The notes below the pieces were generated by a model that ran no database searches, was not told the origin of the DNA, and saw only the letters and a list, made by a program, of their open reading frames with translations. Positions 50,040-60,335 of a stretch of DNA of 64,000 nt are shown here, one piece after another. The stretch spans positions 1,088,001 through 1,152,000 of the forward strand of contig CATQHZ020000001.1 in assembly GCA_958296135.2 (NCBI GenBank), written 5' to 3'. A program made the translations under genes and the position numbers. The DNA comes from an uncultured Poribacteria bacterium. GTDB taxonomy: Bacteria; Poribacteria; WGA-4E; WGA-3G. Within the stretch, counting starts at the first letter, position 1. Each line of letters starts with the position of its first letter.

Positions 50040-51719
50040 CTACGGTGCCAGCATCGTCTTGATGTCTGCAGGCAGCTTAGCGTCGATAATCCGCTCAAAG
50101 TCTGCAACGCTCTTGTAGAGGGAGTGGAACAGGGCTGAAACATCCAACCCTATTCTTCCTGCAGCAGCCAAATCCGCTTTGGCTTTATCCCCATTTTGTA
50201 GGCACAGCCAAACGAGAGCCCGATTGAAATAAACCAGCGCATCATGCGGATTTACCCCTATTGCCGTGGTGTAGTCTTCAATGGCTAGATCGAACTCGCC
50301 TGTGCAGAAGTAAGCAGCGCCGCGATTGCAATAGGCTTTGGCATTATTGGGACTCCACTCTATCGCTTTGGTATAGTCTGCTATTGCCGGCTCAAACTGA
50401 CGTTTTTTGCCGTAAGCAACACCCCGGTCGTAATAGGCATCCGCGAAATCGGGGTTGAGTTTTATCGCTTCGCTCAAGTCTTCGATGGCTTTGCCAGCGT
50501 CGCCTGCTTTACCATAAAGGTTGCCGCGATTGTAGTAGGCATTGGCATAATTGGGATTGAGTTCTATTGCCGTGTTAAAGTCTGCAATCGCCCTTTCCAA
50601 TTCGCCGGTTTTGTGATAAACACTCCCGCGGCTGTTATAGGCCTCGGCAAAACACGGGTCAAGTTTTATCGCCGTGTTCAAGTCTTTGAGAGCCTTATCA
50701 ACGTTGCCTTCGTTGCTGTAGACGTTGCCGCGATTATTATAGGCATCGGCGTAATCTGGTTTAAGCGTAATCGCGGTGTTAAAGTCATTGATAGCGTTGT
50801 TAACTTCGCCTTTGACGTTATAAACGATGCCCCGATTGTTATAAGCCCCGGCATAACTAGGGTTGAGTTCGATCGCTGTGTTGAAATCGTCAAGGGCCTT
50901 TTCAACCTCACCGACGTTGCCGCGATTATTATAGGCATCGGCGTAATCTGGTTTAAGCGTAATCGCGGTGTTAAAGTCATTGATAGCGTTGTTAACTTCG
51001 CCTTTGACGTTATAAACGATGCCCCGATTGTTATAAGCCCCGGCATAACTAGGGTTGAGTTCGATCGCTGTGTTGAAATCGTCAAGGGCCTTTTCAACCT
51101 CACCTATGTTGCAGTAAACGATGCCCCGATTGTTATAAGCCCCGGCATGCTCTGGCTTCAGATTAATTGCATGCGAATAAGCTTCTATCGCTCTCTCCGT
51201 TTCCCCGAGCATCATCAGAAAGTTTCCCTGCTGGAACACCCACTCAGGTAGCGTTTCTTTTTTTGCAGCGTTAGATACCCGAGCCCGCGTTTCGGCAACA
51301 GCTTCTCGGATTCCATCTACCACGTTTTGCCAACCCCTACTCTCAGGATGCCATTCGTTAATCGGCACGCCTTTGTCAGGAAGTACCTCAAAATCCTGGA
51401 GTTGATGATTGAGCCAATCACAACTCTCAAGGATGATGGGGATGACTCTCATGTCTAACCTGAGTGCTTCGGCTAATTCCTTGTTGCAGTTTTTAGAGGC
51501 AAGACTCTCAGCAGAAACGAGATAGAGAAGCAAGTCCGAATCGGCAAGGTGTTTGAGAATGTCTTCTTGGCTCGCTTTGTCTCCCGCGGTGAGGTCTCCA
51601 TCGTGCCAAGTGGTGAGTTCGTTTTGCTGTTCCATCACAGCAAGACGCGTTCCCAATTTGTTCTTTGCTTCGGTGTCTGCATGCGAATAGGCAATGAATC
51701 CCTTGAGTGGTTTGCTCAT
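50040..51719 (-). CDS. TIR domain plus TPR repeat protein
   Basis: FIAYSHAD, LLYLVSAESLASKNCNKEL, VIPIIL; about ten AYNNRG TPR units. Confidence 0.92.
   Translation of the reverse strand: MSKPLKGFIAYSHADTEAKNKLGTRLAVMEQQNELTTWHDGDLTAGDKASQEDILKHLADSDLLLYLVSAESLASKNCNKELAEALRLDMRVIPIILESCDWLNHQLQDFEVLPDKGVPINEWHPESRGWQNVVDGIREAVAETRARVSNAAKKETLPEWVFQQGNFLMMLGETERAIEAYSHAINLKPEHAGAYNNRGIVYCNIGEVEKALDDFNTAIELNPSYAGAYNNRGIVYNVKGEVNNAINDFNTAITLKPDYADAYNNRGNVGEVEKALDDFNTAIELNPSYAGAYNNRGIVYNVKGEVNNAINDFNTAITLKPDYADAYNNRGNVYSNEGNVDKALKDLNTAIKLDPCFAEAYNSRGSVYHKTGELERAIADFNTAIELNPNYANAYYNRGNLYGKAGDAGKAIEDLSEAIKLNPDFADAYYDRGVAYGKKRQFEPAIADYTKAIEWSPNNAKAYCNRGAAYFCTGEFDLAIEDYTTAIGVNPHDALVYFNRALVWLCLQNGDKAKADLAAAGRIGLDVSALFHSLYKSVADFERIIDAKLPADIKTMLAP
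50721..51104. repeat. Perfect 192-bp tandem duplication inside the TPR region
   Basis: 50721-50912 repeated at 50913-51104. Confidence 0.9.
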
Positions 51720-51955
51720 GGCTTTCTCTCTTTCACGGTGCAAATTTTCTTCATGATGATAACATATCTCACGAAACAAATTGCAACTGAATTTCGCTAA
51801 TGTTCCAAACAGGCTGTCACTCGCAATCAGGACGCTCGGCGGGGGCTAAATACGTCGCCCTTCCATGGATAAAGAAGCCTTTAGTTCCGCATGGGAAAAG
51901 TCCCTCTGCCATGCGGCAGCCATATCCTTCGGTGGTGCCCCTCGGTAGTTATGAA

Positions 51956-52222
51956 TTAACCCTGTCGTATGCGCCTCTCGTATTCGTCGTGTTTTCCAAT
52001 CCAAAACCAGACGAGAGTTCCCTTTCGTTCAACAGCCAACATCCGATAGGCATCGCTGATTCGTGCAGCCCACAGCGTCTTCTTAACCTTTTTCAAGTGC
52101 AGTGACGGATGTTTTGGATTGTCAAACAACAATTTGATTTTCCTGAGTGCGCGTTCTTGAACGTTTTGTGGGAGTCTGTTATAATATCTCCAAAAACCTG
52201 CGTCCAGGCTATGTTTATTCAT
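51956..52222 (-). CDS. RelE/ParE-superfamily toxin
   Basis: FWRYYNRLP...NPKHPSLHLKKV...WAARISDAYR...WFWIGKHDEY. Confidence 0.88.
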   Translation of the reverse strand: MNKHSLDAGFWRYYNRLPQNVQERALRKIKLLFDNPKHPSLHLKKVKKTLWAARISDAYRMLAVERKGTLVWFWIGKHDEYERRIRQG

Positions 52223-52665
52223 AACTCTTCGTACGTGTAAGCGCGAAAATCAGAAAGATTTTGAGGCCTTCCGACTTTTGCGTCTCTGCATCCGAGCAAG
52301 GCAGTCTTCAAAGATTGAAGCACAGCCCCGGGGGCATCTGACGAGTGCTGCGCGAGAAACACGCCCAGGTCTTTGCATTTACCCGCGTCAAAATCGGCAA
52401 TGACGCGCTCGGCGATAGCATCGAATTTCCCGGCATCCACGTCTGCCTCGATTTGCCGATCCCAAGCGTCTGCGTGAGCTGCTAATGCCTCGCGAAGTCT
52501 GACTTCTAGCGTTCGCATCAACGCCTCTTTCGTTTTCGCGTGACACTTCACCTCAGGGAATTCCTGAATCGACCCATTCCATCCCTCGCTATTCTCCCAG
52601 ATGTTGGCGGTATAGATTTCGCCATCATCAGGGTCTTGGATTTCGTGAGTATAAACGCTTGTCAT
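52219..52665 (-). CDS. Putative antitoxin (HicB-like N-terminus fused to WDRQIEAD domain)
   Basis: WNGSIQEFPEVKCHAKTKEAL; AWDRQIEADVDAGKFD; 4-bp overlap with toxin. Confidence 0.7.
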   Translation of the reverse strand: MTSVYTHEIQDPDDGEIYTANIWENSEGWNGSIQEFPEVKCHAKTKEALMRTLEVRLREALAAHADAWDRQIEADVDAGKFDAIAERVIADFDAGKCKDLGVFLAQHSSDAPGAVLQSLKTALLGCRDAKVGRPQNLSDFRAYTYEEL

Positions 52666-52720
52666 GCGTGGCTCCTTTCATTGATATGGGGCAGCGCGCT
52701 TGGAAAAGCGCGCCTACTTG

Positions 52721-53254
52721 CTAGAACTGCGAGGGGAAATTCCCACGGGCCGCATCCATTACCTCCGCGGTAATCTCTGCGTGGCCGTTGTCTTTCGCGA
52801 AACCTTCAATGCCCATCTTTGCCATAGGCCGGACAAAACTCGGGATCCGCTCCAAGCGTGCTAATGCCTCCGCTGACCAGGTGGGACCGGCAGGTTCTAC
52901 CTTCGGCTCTTCTTCCTCAAACGCGCCCGCGATAACGGAGGTAAAGGGACACTTGCCGCCCTCAGCAGTTCCCGCCGCGTTTGCGTCTTGTGCGTCGGGT
53001 GTGTCGGGCATCGGCTCGCGTTTGGCTGTGCCTAATTGTGAACGCACCATCTGCATCGGTTGCGCTGCCTCGGCAGTGCCGCCTAGCTGCAAGTCCAAGG
53101 ATTTTAGCATCTGGGTTTCCCAGGGGTTGAGGAACATCGCGAATTCCACGAAGCAGTCGGGGCATTCAAACACGGCGGTGACAGAGCCTTGCTCCGGGCG
53201 CGTCACGTCTTTGAATTTCATCGCTGTATCGCAGTCTCGGCATAAGAATTTCAT
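52721..53254 (-). CDS. CxxC zinc-ribbon protein with C-terminal PCP_red domain
   Basis: CRDC...CPDC; WSAEALARLERIPSFVRPMAK...ITAEVMDAAR. Confidence 0.85.
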   Translation of the reverse strand: MKFLCRDCDTAMKFKDVTRPEQGSVTAVFECPDCFVEFAMFLNPWETQMLKSLDLQLGGTAEAAQPMQMVRSQLGTAKREPMPDTPDAQDANAAGTAEGGKCPFTSVIAGAFEEEEPKVEPAGPTWSAEALARLERIPSFVRPMAKMGIEGFAKDNGHAEITAEVMDAARGNFPSQF

Positions 53255-53256
53255 TG

Positions 53257-54129
53257 TTAAGTCTCCTTAAAGAAATGTTGAATTTTTCCGGCAACTGCTG
53301 TGAGTGCTAGGCTTGCGGGAGTGTCCGGGTATTCTCGCACATAAGGCATGCCTTTGTCGCTACAGTAGGCGAGTTTCGCATCGAAGGGTATGCTACCGAG
53401 TGTCTCCTCCCATAAAGGTTCATCGGTAGAGAAGAGGGGTTCCTTTTCGCCACAATGCTGGCAGATATGAAACGCCATATTTTCGATAACGCCGATGATA
53501 GGCACGTTGAGGATATGTTGCGCCATCGCTAATGATTTTTTGACGATGAATTGCGACACCTCGGAGGGTATCGTCACGACGAGAACGCCGCCAAGGTTCG
53601 GCAGAAGTTCGACGACGTTGGGGAGTTTGTCTGTGCCCGGCGGCAGATCGAGCAGGAGGTAGTCAAGTGCGCCCCATTCGGTATCGCCGATGAATTCTCG
53701 GAGTGCGCCGACTTCCATCGTGGCGCGCCAGGTGAAGGCATCTTTCTGGGTATGCGCATTCCACAGCACGGGTGCCTCATCCTCGGCAAGCAGTAAATCC
53801 ATGGAGATAACCTTGATGCCGAGGGCGTTGACAATGGGGGTGACTCCTGCCGGCGAATAGTGGAGTGCGGCGTTCCGCACGCCCATCATTTTGGCTATCG
53901 ATGGCCCGTTGATATCCGCGTCGACTACGCCAACAGCGCAGCCTTCCAGCGCGAGCGCGGCGGCGAGGTTCGCGGTTATCGCGCTCTTGCCGACACCGCC
54001 TTTCCCGCTCATAATTGCGACGGTGTGTTTCACATCGGCAAGCCGTTTTTGGAGTCGGTTTAGCTGCGCTGTGACTTGCCCGATGATGTCGGATCCGGCA
54101 TCAGCCGGTAGTTCGTTGTAGGTTTTCAT
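53257..54129 (-). CDS. Mrp/NBP35/ApbC Fe-S cluster carrier ATPase
   Basis: MSGKGGVGKS, DADINGPS, DLPPGT, ENM...CQHC. Confidence 0.93.
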   Translation of the reverse strand: MKTYNELPADAGSDIIGQVTAQLNRLQKRLADVKHTVAIMSGKGGVGKSAITANLAAALALEGCAVGVVDADINGPSIAKMMGVRNAALHYSPAGVTPIVNALGIKVISMDLLLAEDEAPVLWNAHTQKDAFTWRATMEVGALREFIGDTEWGALDYLLLDLPPGTDKLPNVVELLPNLGGVLVVTIPSEVSQFIVKKSLAMAQHILNVPIIGVIENMAFHICQHCGEKEPLFSTDEPLWEETLGSIPFDAKLAYCSDKGMPYVREYPDTPASLALTAVAGKIQHFFKET

Positions 54130-54245
54130 AATGGACAGGACGGACGTGAACGTCTAAAACTCCGGTTCGGTAGGCGCGCTTTATTCGGAATTATCCGTTT
54201 ATTTTTTTACTTCATCAAAACGCGCCCCAAGGTTGCTGGAAAAGG

Positions 54246-54854
54246 CTAATCCGCCAGCAGTTTAAAAGTATGCCGATGGATTTCCGACGCGCCGAACTCC
54301 GCAATCGCTGTCCGATGCTGTGGTGTCGGATACCCTTTGTGCTGCGGAAATCCGTAGTTTGGATAGGTTTCGCCGAATTCAATCATCAGCGCATCACGTG
54401 TCGTTTTGGCGATAACGGAGGCCGCTGCGATGGAGAGACTCAAACTATCCCCCTTTGGAATTGCTTGTCCCATAACCCTTGTTTCGGGCAGATCCAACCC
54501 ATCTACCAGTAGGTAATCTGGAGATGGAGAGAGATTAGCAACAGCGTCCTGCATGGCTAAGAGCGTTGCGCCTAAGATATTGAGACGCGCTATCATCGGC
54601 GGATCGGCGCGGCCGACACCTACTGAGATGGCCACCCGGTGGATTTCATCCCGCAGGCGCGAACGTTGATGCGGTGATAACTGCTTTGAATCCCTCAAAC
54701 CGGGAATCTGGCAATTAGGTGGTAGAATGACAGCGGCGGCGATGACGGGGCCGGCCAAGGCGCCTCGGCCCACTTCGTCAACGCCAGCAATTTGTCGGTA
54801 GCCGTTCTGTCGGCAGGCGCGCTCGAAAGCGTTCAGGCAAACGTGTTTCTCCAT
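54246..54854 (-). CDS. rnhB: Ribonuclease HII
   Basis: AGVDEVGRGALAGPV, DSKQL, IAAASVIAK, HKGYPT. Confidence 0.95.
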   Translation of the reverse strand: MEKHVCLNAFERACRQNGYRQIAGVDEVGRGALAGPVIAAAVILPPNCQIPGLRDSKQLSPHQRSRLRDEIHRVAISVGVGRADPPMIARLNILGATLLAMQDAVANLSPSPDYLLVDGLDLPETRVMGQAIPKGDSLSLSIAAASVIAKTTRDALMIEFGETYPNYGFPQHKGYPTPQHRTAIAEFGASEIHRHTFKLLAD

Positions 54855-54858
54855 CAGC

Positions 54859-55203
54859 CTATCTTCTTCTCTCTTTGACACGCGCGGCCCTTCCGGTGCG
54901 TTCCCGTAGGTAATACAACTTTGCCCGCCGGACGGCACCGTACCGGACGACTTGGATACTGTCAATATTCGGCGAATGGAGCGGGAACGTTCTTTCACTC
55001 CCGGTTCCGAACGCGACGCGCCGCACCGTAAATGTCGCCCGCGCGCCGCTGTGCGCGCGCCGAATGACGGTGCCTTCGTACACCTGAATTCGCTCTTTCT
55101 GCCCCTCCCGGATACGGGTGTTCACCTTGACAATGTCGCCGGGGCCAAATTGAGGGAGATCACTCTTCAGATATTGGCTTTCAACGGACTCAATTAAGTT
55201 CAT
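54859..55203 (-). CDS. rplS: 50S ribosomal protein L19
   Basis: EGQKERIQVYEG, ERTFPLHSP, VRRAKLYYLR. Confidence 0.97.
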   Translation of the reverse strand: MNLIESVESQYLKSDLPQFGPGDIVKVNTRIREGQKERIQVYEGTVIRRAHSGARATFTVRRVAFGTGSERTFPLHSPNIDSIQVVRYGAVRRAKLYYLRERTGRAARVKERRR

Positions 55204-55325
55204 CGTGGGTTCCTCCTATGGATGTTTCGTTATTTGATATGAATAGGACTCGCGACACACGCTGGGTGGGTGCGGTTTGTAACCGCACGCGTAGTCAAAC
55301 ATGCGTGCGTCCAATGCGCGTCATC

Positions 55326-56060
55326 CTATTTCAATTCTGTCAACCCTGCCGCTTTGAGAATTGCGATATCCTCTGCGGTGAGTTCAAGTTTTTGAAGCAG
55401 TGCCGGGCGGCGTTGCGCCGTGCGCCTGAGTGCCTCCGTGTACCGCCACTTCTCAATGTTATCGTGATGTCCACTTAGTAGCACTTCTGGCACCTGCATC
55501 CCTTCAAATTCGGCGGGACGCGTGTAGTGCGGATGATCGAGCAGTTCGTGGCTGAACGAGTCGACTTGGGCGGATTCATAATCGCCGAGGGCCCCCGGTA
55601 GGACACGGCCGATGGCATCAATGAGGACGAGCGCGGCAATTTCGCCGCCGCTCAAAACGTAATCGCCGATGGAGATTTCAGTTGTTACCAATCTGTCGCG
55701 CACGCGTTCATCAACGCCTTTGTAACGTCCGCATAAGAGGATGAGGTGCGTCTCCAGAGAGAGCGATTCCGCGAGTGCCTGCGTGAGCGGCGTGCCTTGC
55801 GGTGTCAGGTAGATAACGTGCGCGGTCTGCCCCGGGTTTAAATCAGCGAGTGCAGAAAAAATGGGGCCTGGTTTCAGAATCATTCCTGCGCCGCCACCGT
55901 ACGGATAATCGTCCACCGATTTATGTTTGTCGGTTGCCCAATCACGCAGATTATGGACGTTGACAGCGAGTTTATCGGCCTCTTGCGCGCGTCTGAGGAT
56001 GCCGGTTTGCAGTGCTGGCGCGAGTATCTCTGGGAACAAGGCGAGAACATCGATTTTCAT
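55326..56060 (-). CDS. trmD: tRNA (guanine37-N1)-methyltransferase
   Basis: [37 protein letters not shown]. Confidence 0.97.
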   Translation of the reverse strand: MKIDVLALFPEILAPALQTGILRRAQEADKLAVNVHNLRDWATDKHKSVDDYPYGGGAGMILKPGPIFSALADLNPGQTAHVIYLTPQGTPLTQALAESLSLETHLILLCGRYKGVDERVRDRLVTTEISIGDYVLSGGEIAALVLIDAIGRVLPGALGDYESAQVDSFSHELLDHPHYTRPAEFEGMQVPEVLLSGHHDNIEKWRYTEALRRTAQRRPALLQKLELTAEDIAILKAAGLTELK

Positions 56061-56254
56061 TTTTTCATGGGTTCAACATTTGCAATCGTGCCGGGGCCAG
56101 AGTGCGTCGGAGACGGCTTATGCAAACTCATAAAGGTGGCGCGTCTAGGGCTCGCTCTTATACCAAATTGCCCGAACCCGGCGAGCTCAGGTGCTCTCGC
56201 CCTAGAGAGAAAAGACGAGACGTTCTCCCTACGGCGAGGGCAGTCAACGCGGCC

Positions 56255-56512
56255 CTATGCCTCGGATGCCTCATCAGGGGATTCGATCAATTCAAGGATG
56301 ACCTTTCGATTCGCGTGTATCCCGGCGGTATAGAGCACACTGCGGATGGCTTTCAGGGTTCTGCCATATCTACCGATAATTTTCCCTAAATCTTCTTCTG
56401 CTACCGTCAATTTGACAATGACGACAGTCTCGCCAGTTACTTCGTGAACCACCACCCGGTCTGGATAATCAACGAGTGACTTTGCGATGTATTCAATCAA
56501 ATCTTTGAACAT
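56255..56512 (-). CDS. khpA: KH-domain RNA-binding protein KhpA
   Basis: LIEYIAKSLVDYP, DLGKIIGRYGRT; canonical position after rpsP. Confidence 0.92.
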   Translation of the reverse strand: MFKDLIEYIAKSLVDYPDRVVVHEVTGETVVIVKLTVAEEDLGKIIGRYGRTLKAIRSVLYTAGIHANRKVILELIESPDEASEA

Positions 56513-56793
56513 TTTGGTATCCTACTATGAAACGGGTGTTATCCACGTTCACTGGTGCCCCGGTCTTCGGATTGGCGTAGTGAGGGACAATAGTGAGGGA
56601 CAGTGGACATCTCTGCAGCGAGGCTGCAGCTCAGTCGATCGTGCAGTGTATTCCGTTTACGGAAGACACATCTTCGGCGTTCGGTATTCCCGAACGCCTA
56701 CACGATCGACAGCAGATGACAAAGTTATCGGTTCGCGGTGTCTGAAGACGGGCCCTCGCCCGACGTGAATCCGAGCGTGCCGAGTGCCTGCTG

Positions 56794-57177
56794 CTACTGC
56801 CCCGGGTCGGGTGTTGTTTCGGTGAGCAGCGTTCCCACTTCGGAGGGGGGTTTAGGCGATTCAACGTCTTCGTCTGGTTCTTCGGCAATCTCTGCGTCAG
56901 GCAGAGGTTTTCCGAGTTTCTCATAAGTGAATTTCTTCCAAATGCCGCGTTTGGCGAGTAAGTTTTTCGCCGTATCGGAGGGTTGCGCGCCGCGCCGTAG
57001 CCACTTCAAAGCCTTCTCTTCATCAATAACAATTTCCGGGGGCTCGGTGAGTGGGTTGTAATGGCCGAGGCGTTCCAAAAACGCGCCATCCCGCTGCGCG
57101 CGTACATCCGCCGCGACTAGCCGGTAAAAGGGACGTTTCTTTCTACCGTGCCGTTGTAATCTGATTCTAACTGCCAA
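56794..57177 (-). CDS. rpsP: 30S ribosomal protein S16
   Basis: [26 protein letters not shown]. Confidence 0.97.
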   Translation of the reverse strand: MAVRIRLQRHGRKKRPFYRLVAADVRAQRDGAFLERLGHYNPLTEPPEIVIDEEKALKWLRRGAQPSDTAKNLLAKRGIWKKFTYEKLGKPLPDAEIAEEPDEDVESPKPPSEVGTLLTETTPDPGQ

Positions 57178-57319
57178 AAAATTATCTCCTCTTGTTTGAT
57201 AAGCGCGCTTTGAGCGCGCGTCTCTCTGATGTAGGGCCTGACATAGGGCGAGGGAAACCTCTCCCTCGCTGAGAACGGGTTTCTGGTGCGGTAGGCGCGG
57301 TTTGCAACCGCGCTGCCAA

Positions 57320-58714
57320 TTAACGTGATTTGCGGCGTTTGCGCCGCCGCGGCTTCTTCGCTTTCCGCTTCGGACGAGGGAGCGCGCCGAGCTTCGGGCC
57401 CATTTGCGGCATCGCCATCGCCGTTTGCTGATTGAGCATGCGGTTCATCATCCGCAGCTGATTCACCAACGTGTTTATCTGATTTACCGTGGTGCCACTG
57501 CCTTTGGCAATGCGGAGTTTCCGGCTCCTATCCAACAACGTGGGGTCCCGCCGTTCCTCGGGTGTCATCGATTGGATGGCGGCTTTCGCGTAGTTCAAAT
57601 GGCTCTCATCCGGCTTGAGATTCTTGACAGGCAGTTGATTCTTAAACGGAATCAGATCTACCAGTTGATCCAAGGGCCCCATGTTTCTGATTTGCTCAAG
57701 TTGCGTGAGAAAATCGTTGAAATCTAACCCCTTATTCTCGGAGAGTTTGCGTTCGAGTTCCCTCGCCTGGTCTTCTGAGAAAACATCCTCTGCCTTCTCA
57801 ATCAAGGTTTGGAAGTCGCCCTGTCCAAGGATGCGCGAGGACATCCGTTCTGGGTAGAATTCCTCCAACGCCGCTGCTTCAATCTTCTCGCCGATACTGA
57901 TGAACTTAATCGGCTTATCCGTGATGTGCCGAATGGAGAGTGCTGCACCTCCACGGGCATCGCCGTCCATCTTCGTGAGGATAACGCCGTCAATGTCCAA
58001 ATCGTTATTGAAGTTTTCGGCGACATTGACGGCATCTTGTCCTGTCATCGCATCGACGACGAGCAGGATTTCTGTCGGGTTTACCGCGTCCTTGATGCCC
58101 CGCAGTTCGCCCATTAGTTCCTCATTAATATGCAGACGGCCGGCGGTATCCACAATAACACAGTTCTGTCCGTGTGCCAAGGCTTCCGTGACAGAGGCTT
58201 TCGCAATTTTCACCGGTGAGACATCCGTGCCCATCGAGAAAACGGGGGTTTCTGTCTGTTCGCCGAGGATTTGCAGCTGCCGAATCGCTGCGGGACGGTA
58301 AACATCGGCGGCGACGAGGAGCGGGGTGCGTCCCTCTTTGCGGAATTTGAGAGCGAGTTTCGCTGCGACTGTCGTTTTGCCGGCACCTTGCAGCCCGACG
58401 AGCATGACGACTGTCGGCCCGCTTGGTGCGATGCGAATTTTCTCCGCCTCGGCCCCCATCAGTTGGGTAAGTTCTTCCCCAATAATCCGGGCGATTTGGA
58501 GCTCAGGCGTGAGGCTGCCCATTACCTCTTGGCCGAGGGCGCGCGTCTTAATCCGCTCTATAAAGTCGCGCGTGACTTTATAGTTGACATCTGCTTCCAG
58601 AAACGCGCGCCGCACCTCGCGCAGGGAGTCGGAGATATTACTCTCTGTCAATTTCCCTTGTCCGCGTAGTTTTTTGAAGGTGCTTTGCAGTCTTTCGTTT
58701 AAGCTCTCAAACAT
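57320..58714 (-). CDS. ffh: Signal recognition particle protein Ffh
   Basis: [33 protein letters not shown]-domain. Confidence 0.97.
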   Translation of the reverse strand: MFESLNERLQSTFKKLRGQGKLTESNISDSLREVRRAFLEADVNYKVTRDFIERIKTRALGQEVMGSLTPELQIARIIGEELTQLMGAEAEKIRIAPSGPTVVMLVGLQGAGKTTVAAKLALKFRKEGRTPLLVAADVYRPAAIRQLQILGEQTETPVFSMGTDVSPVKIAKASVTEALAHGQNCVIVDTAGRLHINEELMGELRGIKDAVNPTEILLVVDAMTGQDAVNVAENFNNDLDIDGVILTKMDGDARGGAALSIRHITDKPIKFISIGEKIEAAALEEFYPERMSSRILGQGDFQTLIEKAEDVFSEDQARELERKLSENKGLDFNDFLTQLEQIRNMGPLDQLVDLIPFKNQLPVKNLKPDESHLNYAKAAIQSMTPEERRDPTLLDRSRKLRIAKGSGTTVNQINTLVNQLRMMNRMLNQQTAMAMPQMGPKLGALPRPKRKAKKPRRRKRRKSR

Positions 58715-58768
58715 CGTTTCCGCTTCCTTCCCGATTTTTCGTTTCGGATGGGCTTTATTATTATTATA

Positions 58769-58797
58769 ATTATAGCAAATTTTACTGCAAATGTCAA
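58769..58797 (-). promoter_or_regulatory. Consensus sigma70 promoter of the ffh operon
   Basis: TTGACA-N17-TATAAT with extended TG. Confidence 0.75.
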
Positions 58798-59164
58798 ATT
58801 TTTTTCGCGATTTGTCAGAATGGTAGGTTTTTCCGTGTATCTTGTGCTTCATTCAGCGTTAATTTCTGTTGCTGAATTGCGGATTTGCAGGATGAGGGTG
58901 GGACTCTCTGGCGTGCCACCGGCATGCTGGGTTGTCTTGTTTGGAGACGAGGCATCGCGTGAAACGTTTCTTTGGGGCGGTTAGGTCCTGCATATCTATA
59001 GCGCGTCGGAACGCCAACAACCCTAAGGTTAGTTAGGTCCTTAAAGTCCTGTTGTTCCTCCTATAGGTTTGATTCAGACAATTAACATGATACCAAATTC
59101 TGCGGCGGATGTCAAAATTTTTACGCGCTTGACAAAAATCGGTATCTCTGCTAAAAATTAGGGT

Positions 59165-60205
59165 ATGAAAATCGCAATGTTAAAAACCCTCTTTATCCTC
59201 GCCTTGACATGCTGCTATTTGGGATGCCAAGGCGGCGCATTGAATCTCAATTCTGTCGGCGGCTCGGGGATTATTGAGAAATCTGGCGAACTCACCGAAA
59301 ACGAAGTGTGGGACGGACGTATCTATGTCACCGGCACCGTTATTGTCCCCGAGGGCATCACGCTGACTATCCGTTCCGGTTCCATCGTCGGGTTTGAGCC
59401 GATGGACACTCCCGGTGAAATTCTTGTGCGGGGGGAGCTCTACGCGGAGGGCTCTCCAGAGCTGATGATAGTTTTCGGTTCTCTCGGCGCGCAGCCGACG
59501 GAGCAACAGGAAACTGCACCTTCAGCGGCTTCGCCTATTACGAGTGGGTACGGCTTTCCGCAGACACAGACACCTATACAGGCAACACCGATGACGGCTG
59601 CCCCGCCAAAAGCCGGTGATTGGCGCGGCATTCGCATTGAGGCACAAAGCCCGAATAGTCGGCTTACCTATTGCCGCATTCAACACGCGACGGCTGGCAT
59701 TACGATAGTTGCGGATTCGGTGCAAATCGAGAGGTGCCTCTTCAGTATGAATAATATCGGAGTGCTGTGCGAGAATGCTAATCCGACTCTCACGAATAAC
59801 GAATTCAACCGGAACGGCACGGGGCTCCAATTTCGCGGTGCTGCTGCATCGGACGTTGAGCACAACGCCTTCGCCGCAAATGAGTACGGGATTATCTGCG
59901 AGGATGATTCTCGTCCGCGCATCGTTTACAACGAGATTCGCGCGAATTATCAGCATGCCATCGTCTGCTATTCCACAGCCTCGCCGGAGATTGTCTCTAA
60001 CAACATCACGATGAACGTCGGATGGGCAGTTTACGATGGCGGCAGACTCCGCGATAATTACATCAGCGGGAACAAACAGATGGGTCCGGGCGTTACAGAC
60101 CTTTCCATCGGAACGCAAAGCGACCAGGTTTACAGCGTTGATGAGACGTTAGATGCGAGGAGTACGCCTGTCCCGGAGGCAGGGGTTCAACGGGAGAATT
60201 TTTAG
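59165..60205 (+). CDS. Lipoprotein with right-handed parallel beta-helix repeats
   Basis: Lipobox-like YLGC, VPEGITLTI..G, GDWRGI, repeated N..GI.C...P.I..N. Confidence 0.82.
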   Translation: MKIAMLKTLFILALTCCYLGCQGGALNLNSVGGSGIIEKSGELTENEVWDGRIYVTGTVIVPEGITLTIRSGSIVGFEPMDTPGEILVRGELYAEGSPELMIVFGSLGAQPTEQQETAPSAASPITSGYGFPQTQTPIQATPMTAAPPKAGDWRGIRIEAQSPNSRLTYCRIQHATAGITIVADSVQIERCLFSMNNIGVLCENANPTLTNNEFNRNGTGLQFRGAAASDVEHNAFAANEYGIICEDDSRPRIVYNEIRANYQHAIVCYSTASPEIVSNNITMNVGWAVYDGGRLRDNYISGNKQMGPGVTDLSIGTQSDQVYSVDETLDARSTPVPEAGVQRENF

Positions 60206-60335
60206 GGCGCGGTTAGAAACTGCGTTTCCCGGAGCCGGTCCTTCATCACTAAAAGCGCGTCTACGGTTACCCAATTTCGCCCGTTTGTAAGTGCTGATTT
60301 CTGTAGTTTCCGCCTGTCACCTGAAAGTAGCCATC

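Noticed and set aside
58860-59100. SRP RNA next to ffh
   Set aside because: The conserved helix-8 motif (CAGG-N-GRAA-N-AGCAG) was not found on either strand by eye.
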